Source: Wolbachia endosymbiont strain TRS of Brugia malayi
Lineage (GTDB): Bacteria > Pseudomonadota > Alphaproteobacteria > Rickettsiales > Anaplasmataceae
NCBI RefSeq assembly: GCF_000008385.1
Contig: NC_006833.1
Location: forward strand, 750,001-782,000
Direction: 5' to 3'
Length of the DNA stretch: 32,000 nt
A program made the position numbers and the translations under genes. Positions 1-6,978 of the stretch are shown one piece after another (the first letter of the stretch is position 1; every line of letters begins with the position of its first letter). Under the pieces are notes generated by a model. It made no database searches, was not told the DNA's origin, and saw only the letters and a program-made list of their open reading frames with translations.

Positions 1-166
1 ATGGAACATCATACTTGATAACGGCTCCACAGTAAAATTGCCTGAAGATGATCCTCATAGTGCATGGAATTATTTAAATCACTTACAAAATACAACCGAT
101 TTTACTTTTAGCGATTGGAGTATAATTGATATGCGTATTATCGATAAAATCTTTATAAAGAGATAA
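1..166 (+). CDS. ftsQ: Cell division protein FtsQ, C-terminal fragment (5' end lies upstream of window)
   Basis: The frame starting at nt 2 is open from the window edge to TAA at 164-166. It translates WNIILDNGSTVKLPEDDPHSAWNYLNHLQNTTDFTFSDWSIIDMRIIDKIFIKR. The W-(D/N)-h-x-L-x-N-G-x-x-V-x-L-P-E block matches the C-terminal signature I recognise from alphaproteobacterial FtsQ. It has no start codon in the window, so it is absent from the ORF track. Confidence 0.5.
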   Translation, partial: WNIILDNGSTVKLPEDDPHSAWNYLNHLQNTTDFTFSDWSIIDMRIIDKIFIKR

Positions 167-288
167 TCCTACTCCTTCCTCTTCATCTAAATTTTATGTA
201 ATAATGCTTCTATGATGTTATCCCAGCGTTACGCGCTACCATCAGCGGTAGATTTAAATTTACAAACATTAATAAACTTACCAAATAG

Positions 289-330
289 AAAAAAAAGGCA
301 AAAGACACCACATAGTAGATAGGGTTTACT
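289..330. repeat. Short dispersed intergenic repeat, module 3 (core aaaaaaaggcaaaaga)
   Basis: aaaaaaaaggcaaaagacaccacatagtagatagggtttact resembles 28311-28351 (aaaaaaaaggcaaaagatatattatggtgatagtatttact). The roughly 17-nt core is identical, the tail is looser, and both end in tttact. A weaker core copy (gaaaaaaggcaa) sits near 11185. Confidence 0.4.
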
Positions 331-487
331 AGATTAAATAACTAAACACCTTCATTGCTATGATAAGGAGGCTGGAGAAGTTTATCAAGCGGTTTTTTTG
401 TAGCTTTGCTTTCTCATGGCTGTAATATTCATAGCAAAAGACCTAATAACATGTATACTTTATTAAGTAGCTTATGTAGTAAATCAT

Positions 488-1177
488 CATGAAACTAGGC
501 ATTAATATCGACCACGTTGCAACCCTTCGCAACACACGTGGCCCCCTTATCCAGATCCATTGAAAGCCGCAGAAATAGCCATTAACGCCGGGGCAGATTT
601 TATCACTGTACACTTACGAGAAGATAGAGGCATATCAGAGACGAAGATGTGTTTACCCTGAAAAAAAACACTAATACTGAACTAAACCTTGAAATTGCAG
701 TCACGGAAGAAATGCTTGAAATAGCAAAAAAGTAAAACCTTATTCAATTAACATAGTACCAGAAAAAAGGGAAGAATTAACAACTGAAGGTGGTCTGGAT
801 ATAATTAACATGTATAGTAAACTTTCTAGTATAATAGAAGAGGTGCATAATTTTGATATAAAGGTTTCATTGTTTATCAATCCAAATATTAATCAACTAA
901 AATATCTTGAAAAGTCAGAAATAAAGCCTGACATAGTAGAAATCCATACAGGTGGTTACTGCAATAATCCATTAGAAAAAAAACTAAAATTAATTACCAA
1001 TACTGCAGAGTATATTAATGCCATGCAGAGCATGGCATAACTTATAAACACGCTCAAAGAATGAAAGAAATACCCCACATTTCAACTCTGAATATAGGCT
1101 ACTCTTTAATCAGCGAAGCTATATTTGATGGGTTATACAGCGTAGTAAAAACAATGAAGATGATAATATCTAACTAA
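488..1177 (+). pseudogene. pdxJ: Pyridoxine 5'-phosphate synthase PdxJ, disrupted by several frameshifts and premature stops
   Basis: ATG at 488 gives [18 protein letters not shown] and then hits TGA. The PdxJ sequence continues in shifted frames: [63 protein letters not shown]; a [19 protein letters not shown] block; track ORF 810-1040 ([15 protein letters not shown]...VEIHTGGY); and [35 protein letters not shown], ending at TAA 1175-1177. All conserved PdxJ blocks are recognisable but spread over at least four frame segments. Confidence 0.85.
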
Positions 1178-1481
1178 TTACTTCTTCTTTCTCCTTATTT
1201 AAAATACTTAAAAGAGTTTGGCTTGCTTTAAACTTCACTCTTGTCTTTTGAGGAACAGTCATGATTTCACCATTCTGAGGATTACGACATTGCTTCTCCT
1301 GGCTTATAGCAGTAGAAAATGTGCCTATTCCATGCAGGCGTATTTCACCTTCCTCATCTAGTTTACCCTTTATTATTTTCATAAGCGCATCAAAAATCTT
1401 GCTCAAATCAGACTTTGTTATTTCTACATCTTGACTAGAACAAGCTTGTTTTAATTTATTTATTATGTCTTCTTTACTCAT
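1170..1481 (-). CDS. hup: HU/IHF-family nucleoid DNA-binding protein
   Basis: 103-aa ORF. The stretch [37 protein letters not shown] matches the HU/IHF beta-arm signature (G-x-G-x-F ... R-N-P-x-T-G-E ... F-K). Its 3' end overlaps the pdxJ relic by 8 nt. Confidence 0.85.
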   Translation of the reverse strand: MSKEDIINKLKQACSSQDVEITKSDLSKIFDALMKIIKGKLDEEGEIRLHGIGTFSTAISQEKQCRNPQNGEIMTVPQKTRVKFKASQTLLSILNKEKEEVIS

Positions 1482-1514
1482 AAATTACCTTAATATTGAA
1501 AAAATTACACAAAC

Positions 1515-1542
1515 AGCATATTACGTTCATAACGATAGTCAA
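1515..1542 (-). promoter_or_regulatory. Candidate sigma70-type promoter for the HU gene
   Basis: On the minus strand: TTGACT (1542-1537), a 16-nt spacer, then TATGCT (1520-1515), about 35 nt upstream of the HU start codon. This is a pattern match only, in AT-rich DNA. Confidence 0.25.
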
Positions 1543-1628
1543 CTAAATTTATCATGAAAATAGAATATACTATGCATTTTTTTTAACATTTGTATAATAT
1601 ACACAAAAAAAATATCACTACAAAATAA

Positions 1629-2075
1629 TTATCTCTTAGAAAATTGATATTTTGCCCGAGCTCCACGTTGACCATATTTCTTACGTTCTTTAACACACGA
1701 GTTTCGTGTTAAATACCCACTCTTACGTAATATAGAATATAAATCTTGGCTTATTTTACTTAAAGCTTTGCTTATTCCATGAGCTAATGCACCTGCTTGA
1801 CCAGATAGTCCTCCACCTTTTACAGTTGCAAATACATCATATTTATCTAGCGTAGATGTTACAATAAGTGGCATTTTCACTATTTGGCACACTGACTCTC
1901 TCTTAAAGTAAGAGAGCAGCTTGTCTTGCTGATTAACGCTGAACTTTCCACTTCCTGATTTTATCCATACTCTTGCCGCAGATTCTTTTCTTCGACCTGT
2001 AGCATATAAACAACCAAACAAATCAATTGCTGGCTTAGTTACTTTTTCTGATTGATTTATTACAGAACTTTCCAT
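1629..2075 (-). CDS. rpsI: 30S ribosomal protein S9
   Basis: 148-aa ORF with GGGLSGQAGALAHGISKAL and the C-terminal ERKKYGQRGARAKYQFSKR typical of S9. It lies directly downstream of rplM, the conserved rplM-rpsI operon. Confidence 0.95.
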   Translation of the reverse strand: MESSVINQSEKVTKPAIDLFGCLYATGRRKESAARVWIKSGSGKFSVNQQDKLLSYFKRESVCQIVKMPLIVTSTLDKYDVFATVKGGGLSGQAGALAHGISKALSKISQDLYSILRKSGYLTRNSCVKERKKYGQRGARAKYQFSKR

Positions 2076-2084
2076 CTTATTCCA

Positions 2085-2546
2085 TTATTTTTTATTTTTA
2101 CGATTTAAAGAAGCAAAATCTATCTTTTTAGGCTGCTGCCCTTGATGTTTATGCTCTGGACCAGAATAAACATATAAATTTCCAAAACGTTTACGCGCCA
2201 TAGGACCATCATCAAGCATTCTTTTCACCGCCATTTTTATTACCCTCTCAGGGAATTTACCATTAAGAACATTATTTGGGGTAGTTTTTTTTAAACCACC
2301 AGGATAACCTGTATGCTTGTAGTAAACTTTCTCTTTAAATTTTTTCCCGGTAAAATGCACCTTTTCTGCGTTGATGATAATTATATTATCGCCACAGTCC
2401 ATATGAGGTGTATACTCAGGTTTATGTTTTCCACGCAACAGTGTTGCTACAAATGCTGCAAGTCTTCCTACTACTAACCCTTCTGCGTTTATAACAAACC
2501 ATTTTTTATCGATTTGTCCCTCTTTTAGGAAAAAAGTCTTCATCAC
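2085..2546 (-). CDS. rplM: 50S ribosomal protein L13
   Basis: 153-aa ORF. The stretch [49 protein letters not shown] is the L13 N-terminal signature. There are 9 nt between it and rpsI. Confidence 0.95.
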
Positions 2547-2672
2547 TCTAACTGAACAATAGTAGGCTATGATACACTTAATTTCTAAGCAGTGTCAACA
2601 ATATTAGTTATTGATTATTAAAGCAATTTATGCTAGTAACTTAGTTGCACAGCCAATATATATGGGAGTAGA

Positions 2673-3908
2673 ATGTTTCATTTGATTATTACACTTGCGG
2701 CTATTTTTAGTACTGTAAATTGCTATGCAATTGATCTTGAAGAAGCTGTAAATAAAGCCATTAAAAATAGTTCAAAGCTCAAGTCTCAATTTTACCAATA
2801 TAAAATCGCTAAAAAATACTATAAATCTTTAGGAATAGCTGGGTTTTTGCCAGATATTAATCTTCGATACTATTTTGATAGTAATTTTAATATCATCAAC
2901 AGTATACAAAACCCAGGAGAACTCCTTACATTAAGTCAGAGAATAATAGATGGAGGCGGTACTTTTGCTACATTCAGTCAATCAAATCATCTTCTCAAAG
3001 CAGCAAAGACTCAATTTCAAAAGTCAAAGCAAGAGCTTGCACTTAATGCCGTGAAAGTATACGTTGACGTTCTACGAAGTAGGGCAGTATTACAGCTTAA
3101 AGAGCATAAAGAACACGTCTCTTTGGAAAATTTATCAGAGGCAAAAAAACGTTTTTCTCTCGGGGAAGTGACCAATGCTGAAGTTTCGCTGGCAAAAGCA
3201 AAATTTTCATCTTCAGTATCAGAAAGAGTTGATGCCGAAGGCAAATTAAAATCGGCAAACATTGCTTACTTCCACCTAATTGGGGAAGAACCTGATGAAC
3301 TTTCTGAAGCTAGTGATAAATTACCTTCTGTTCCAGAATTAAATGAATGTTTACAGTTAGCAAGAACCAATAATCTATCTTTGAAAACAGCAGTTTATCA
3401 AAAAAAAGCAGCAGGAATGGGAGTGTTTGCTGAAACTTCTAAGTGGCTACCTTCTCTGCACCTTAGTATAAATAAAATTTTTGACATAAGAAATATCAAC
3501 ATCAAAAAGCCTTTAGAAGGTGCTAGTGTTGCTTTTACTCTCGATATTCCAATTTTTAAAAGAGGAATAAATGCTTTTGGCATTAGTAAAGCTAGAATGG
3601 ATGCAAAAAAATTTACTTACGATTATTATGAAACAGTGAAAAACATAGAGCAAATGGTTGTAAATGCTTGGAATGATGTGTTGACAGCAAAGGCTATCAT
3701 TAAAGCAAGTCAAGAAGCTGAAAAAGCAGCAGCTCTAGCGTTGGAAGGGGTTGAACAAGAAGTAAGCTTAAACTTAAAGAGTATAACTGATCTTTTATAC
3801 ACTGAAGACACGTTATTCAAAGCACGTTCGGACTTAGTTGAAGCACAAAGCAATTATGTGATTAGTGTTTATAATTTACTTTTTATAATAAACAGTATAA
3901 ATCTCTAA
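2673..3908 (+). CDS. tolC: TolC-family outer membrane efflux protein
   Basis: 411-aa ORF with an N-terminal signal-like segment (MFHLIITLAAIFSTVNCYA). After it comes IDLEEAVNKAIKNS, and the helical repeat halves are duplicated (…AKAKFSSSVSERVDAEGKL… / …ARSDLVEAQSNYVISVYNLL), as in TolC/OMF proteins. Confidence 0.8.
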   Translation: MFHLIITLAAIFSTVNCYAIDLEEAVNKAIKNSSKLKSQFYQYKIAKKYYKSLGIAGFLPDINLRYYFDSNFNIINSIQNPGELLTLSQRIIDGGGTFATFSQSNHLLKAAKTQFQKSKQELALNAVKVYVDVLRSRAVLQLKEHKEHVSLENLSEAKKRFSLGEVTNAEVSLAKAKFSSSVSERVDAEGKLKSANIAYFHLIGEEPDELSEASDKLPSVPELNECLQLARTNNLSLKTAVYQKKAAGMGVFAETSKWLPSLHLSINKIFDIRNINIKKPLEGASVAFTLDIPIFKRGINAFGISKARMDAKKFTYDYYETVKNIEQMVVNAWNDVLTAKAIIKASQEAEKAAALALEGVEQEVSLNLKSITDLLYTEDTLFKARSDLVEAQSNYVISVYNLLFIINSINL

Positions 3909-3927
3909 ATTTGATGGCATTAGTGTT

Positions 3928-4296
3928 ATGAATTATAAACAAAGCAATCAATCTGTAAAAGATATCCTAGAAGATATAAAGAAAGCTATATCTGGTAAAA
4001 GCTCAAGTAATGATGCAGTAGAAATAGAAAAGGAGAAGAAGGATGACGATGTTTTGTACCTTGAAGAGGAGTATTTAGAAGATTCAGAAAAAGATAGTAA
4101 AGAGCAGAATAACGAAAAACAAGATGTCAACAATGATCATAAGAGCGAGGAAATAGTTTTTAATAATACTCAATTTAACAACCACAGTTATAACTCACAG
4201 AGAAGAAAAGGACGTTCCGTTTGCACAATAATACCTCAAACAGATAACAACAAAGGAATAACAGTGGCTTACAAGGGTAAAATAGCGATCACCTAA
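3928..4296 (+). CDS. PopZ/DUF2497-like protein, N-terminal portion (ends at an in-frame TAA)
   Basis: The N-terminus MNYKQSNQSVKDILEDIKKAISGK resembles the conserved PopZ N-terminal peptide (…MEEILASIRRIISED). An acidic low-complexity linker follows (EKEKKDDDVLYLEEEYLEDSEKDSKEQNNEKQD). The ORF stops at TAA 4294-4296, in the same frame as the next ORF. Confidence 0.55.
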   Translation: MNYKQSNQSVKDILEDIKKAISGKSSSNDAVEIEKEKKDDDVLYLEEEYLEDSEKDSKEQNNEKQDVNNDHKSEEIVFNNTQFNNHSYNSQRRKGRSVCTIIPQTDNNKGITVAYKGKIAIT

Positions 4297-4308
4297 TTTA
4301 AAGAGAAC

Positions 4309-4509
4309 ATGGAAGAGATTAAAAAGCTACTTGAAAAAATGCAAAACGAACTACAGCACGAACAACAAAAAAAATCAAACCTCACTGTTGAAGAATTAGT
4401 TATATCTCTTTTAAAACCTCAGTTGCCGGAGTGGCTGAATAATTACCTCCATACATTGGTAAAAGAAGTAGTCGAAAAAGAGCTCAAAGATATCATCAAT
4501 AATAAGTGA
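4309..4509 (+). CDS. PopZ/DUF2497-like protein, C-terminal portion (DUF2497-type helical domain)
   Basis: LTVEELVISLLKPQLPEWLNNYLHTLVKEVVEKELKDII matches the DUF2497/PopZ C-terminal oligomerisation motif (L-E-x-L-V-R-E-x-L-R-P-x-L-K-E-W-L-D-x-N-L-P-x-L-V-E). It shares a frame with 3928-4296 (4309-3928=381). The two are separated only by TAA plus 4 codons. Confidence 0.55.
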   Translation: MEEIKKLLEKMQNELQHEQQKKSNLTVEELVISLLKPQLPEWLNNYLHTLVKEVVEKELKDIINNK

Positions 4510-4519
4510 TTTTTACAAG

Positions 4520-5170
4520 GTGTTAGCAATAAAAACTAGAGTAAAAACAGCTAAAGGTAGAAAACTATCCTCAACAAGGTGGTTGCACCGTCATTTAAAT
4601 GACCAGTACGTACAAAAAACTAATAAGGATAGTTATAGATCACGCTCAGCATATAAGTTGATAGAAATAGATAATAAATTTAAATTACTCCAAGCAGGGC
4701 AAAAAATTGTTGACCTTGGTGCTTCTCCTGGTGGATGGTCACAAGTTGCATCTCAGAAAGGTGTAAAAGTGGTTGCTATTGATATAAAGCCAGTAAACAC
4801 AATTAGTGGAGTGAAATATATACAATACGATATAAATGAACTTGAAACTTTAAGGGAAAGATTTAAAGATCAAAAATTTGATGTAATTCTATCTGACATG
4901 GCCCCAGAATCTTGCGGGTTAAAATCGCTGGACCATATTAGAATCATGCTTTTATGCGAAGCAGCACTGAACTTTGCAAAACATTTCCTAAATTACGGTG
5001 GTAAGTTTGTAGTAAAAATTTTTCAAGGAGAATCTGACAAAGACTTTTATAATGAATTAAAAAAAATGTTCAAAATAGTAAAATACTTTAAACCAAAATC
5101 AAGTAGATCTGAATCTACAGAAATGTATTTGGTAGGTTTAGGTTTTATCAGCAACAGTTTTCCTATATAG
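4520..5170 (+). CDS. rlmE: 23S rRNA (uridine-2'-O)-methyltransferase RlmE (FtsJ/RrmJ)
   Basis: 216-aa ORF with a GTG start in the track. It contains SRSAYKLIEIDNKFKLL, the SAM-binding VDLGASPGGWSQV, and DVILSDMAP. Confidence 0.9.
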   Translation: MLAIKTRVKTAKGRKLSSTRWLHRHLNDQYVQKTNKDSYRSRSAYKLIEIDNKFKLLQAGQKIVDLGASPGGWSQVASQKGVKVVAIDIKPVNTISGVKYIQYDINELETLRERFKDQKFDVILSDMAPESCGLKSLDHIRIMLLCEAALNFAKHFLNYGGKFVVKIFQGESDKDFYNELKKMFKIVKYFKPKSSRSESTEMYLVGLGFISNSFPI

Positions 5171-5187
5171 AGTAATGGCAAAAATTT

Positions 5188-5835
5188 CTAATTCTGCTCT
5201 ACAGCAAATTTCAATGCCATATGAGTAGCTATAGTACCGTTAACCATTAAAATGGCAAAAATTAAAGCAGTAATAAGTAACATATGAATACTTAAGAACA
5301 AACCCTCAAAATGAACTAGTAATTTAAAATACACAAATGTTGGCATTATGATTGGCAAAACAAGAATTTGTGATATTCCCGACGCTAAATTGTTTCGACC
5401 AACCACTAATGCATTTCCAGTAGCTGAGATATTAATTATTATCAGCGTATTAAGTAATAAAGATAAGCCTACCACTATTGAGTGTTCAATGTTACTATCC
5501 AAAACTACGAAGCTAAATATGGAAGAAATCACTGAGATTGGCAGCCCGAACAATAACCAGTGAACAAAAATTTTATAAGCAACTACAAACCTAGGGGGAA
5601 ATGGCTGTATAAAGATTTGCTCTAATATTCCATCATGATAATCAAAAACAAATAAATTACTTGTAGAGATTTGCAAAACAAACGTAGCGCATATCCATAT
5701 TAACGTTAACATGATTTCTTGCTTATTGCTGCTTTCAAGTGCAAATGAAGATAGACTTAACATTATAATAAAAACACATATCGTATAGATAAAATTTTTA
5801 CTATCTATCGCTAATCTTCCTATTGAGCTAATCAT
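5188..5835 (-). CDS. ccmB: Heme exporter protein CcmB (cytochrome c maturation ABC permease)
   Basis: 215-aa polytopic membrane ORF. FVFDYHDGILEQIFIQPFPPRFVVAYKIFVHWLLFGLPISV matches the CcmB F-x-x-D-x-x-D-G-x-L-E-Q signature. Confidence 0.75.
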   Translation of the reverse strand: MISSIGRLAIDSKNFIYTICVFIIMLSLSSFALESSNKQEIMLTLIWICATFVLQISTSNLFVFDYHDGILEQIFIQPFPPRFVVAYKIFVHWLLFGLPISVISSIFSFVVLDSNIEHSIVVGLSLLLNTLIIINISATGNALVVGRNNLASGISQILVLPIIMPTFVYFKLLVHFEGLFLSIHMLLITALIFAILMVNGTIATHMALKFAVEQN

Positions 5836-5941
5836 ACTAGGTTTTTAAATGTTTATTATAAATTATAGTGTTTAATTTTAGATAGTATAATTTCTTACTC
5901 ACAAATTATACAAGATTTATTAATTAATTAATAATATAATT

Positions 5942-6325
5942 ATGAAAGAGTCATCAAAAACAAAATTATCAGAAGATTACACTCCTTCAGAAGATGAAGA
6001 ATATATGAGCGTAAGACAGTTGGAATACTTCAACTTAAAGTTGGAATCAATCCTTGCTGAGCTAGAGAAGCAGGAACTAGAAGATAGTGCATACTATTTT
6101 GATGAAGACAGTGGAAATGAAAAATTAATTAAGCGTAGAAAAGATAGAAAAGAAAAAATTAAGGAGGCATTAGAAAAAATAAAATTAGGCACCTACGGCT
6201 ATTGTGATAGAACAGGGGAAGAAATAGGAATTGCAAGACTTAAAGCTAATCCGCTTGCTGTATATTGCATTGAAGAGCAAGAGAGATTAGAAAAGGAAAA
6301 GAACGTATATAAGACTGATGATTAA
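5942..6325 (+). CDS. dksA: DksA/TraR-family RNA-polymerase-binding protein (short form with two Cys)
   Basis: 127-aa ORF. EEYMSVRQLEYF plus a coiled-coil region plus YGYCDRTGEEIGIARLKANPLAVYCIEEQ aligns to the DksA C-terminal zinc-finger region. Only two of the four canonical Cys are present. Confidence 0.8.
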   Translation: MKESSKTKLSEDYTPSEDEEYMSVRQLEYFNLKLESILAELEKQELEDSAYYFDEDSGNEKLIKRRKDRKEKIKEALEKIKLGTYGYCDRTGEEIGIARLKANPLAVYCIEEQERLEKEKNVYKTDD

Positions 6326-6339
6326 TTGCATATGGTCAC

Positions 6340-6957
6340 CTAAACCCCTGATCTTTTAAGTCTTTCTTTATCTAATATAGAACTTATCTCTTCTACACTC
6401 TTATCAATATCATCATTGATTACTACATAATCATATTTATCGCGCTTGCTCATCTCTTTTTGAGCTTCGGCTAACCTGTGTTCTATTTCACTTGCACTGT
6501 CACTATTACGTTTTTGCAAACGCAACCTAAGCTCCTCCATTGAAGGGGGAAGTATAAAAACACTTATAACTTTTTCCCTCATAAGCTCAAATAAATGAAA
6601 TGCTCCTTGCCAATCTATACTTAGTAAAACGCTTATTCCACTGCTCAGGTTCTGTTCTATAAAACTTTTCGGTATGCCATAAAAATTTTCAAAAACTCTG
6701 GCGTACTCAAGCATTTGACCAGCTTCACATAACTCATGAAATTCTTTCTTGGTAACAAAAAAATAGTCTTTTCCATTTATTTCGCCTGGGCGAGGTTTGC
6801 GTGTAGTCATAGAAACCGATCTAACTAAATTAGTCGATCGCTCAAGTAATCTCTCTAATATAGTAGTTTTGCCAGCTCCAGAAGGAGAAGATAAAACTAA
6901 TAATACACCTTCATTCTCTACAGCCATTTTTTCTTCTAAGTATAAGTTAACAAGCAC
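6340..6957 (-). CDS. gmk: Guanylate kinase
   Basis: P-loop LSSPSGAGKTT, then TTRKPRPGEINGKDYFFV and a guanylate-kinase lid region. The true start may be the internal ATG at 6927 (MAVENEG…). Confidence 0.9.
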   Translation of the reverse strand: MLVNLYLEEKMAVENEGVLLVLSSPSGAGKTTILERLLERSTNLVRSVSMTTRKPRPGEINGKDYFFVTKKEFHELCEAGQMLEYARVFENFYGIPKSFIEQNLSSGISVLLSIDWQGAFHLFELMREKVISVFILPPSMEELRLRLQKRNSDSASEIEHRLAEAQKEMSKRDKYDYVVINDDIDKSVEEISSILDKERLKRSGV

Positions 6958-6978
6958 ACTACAAGGTTCTTCATTTGA

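Noticed and set aside
3017-3713. Three minus-strand ORFs (3017-3262, 3398-3583, 3513-3713) inside the tolC-like gene
   Set aside because: They lie fully antisense to a 411-aa ORF with clear TolC-family features. Their translations are low-complexity or hydrophobic mirror products with no motifs.
3948-4133. 61-aa minus-strand ORF inside the PopZ-like N-terminal fragment
   Set aside because: It is antisense to the purine-rich acidic linker. It is a Ser/Phe-rich mirror translation typical of a compositional artefact.
5348-5563. 71-aa plus-strand ORF inside ccmB
   Set aside because: It is antisense to a well-supported membrane protein gene and shows no recognisable features.
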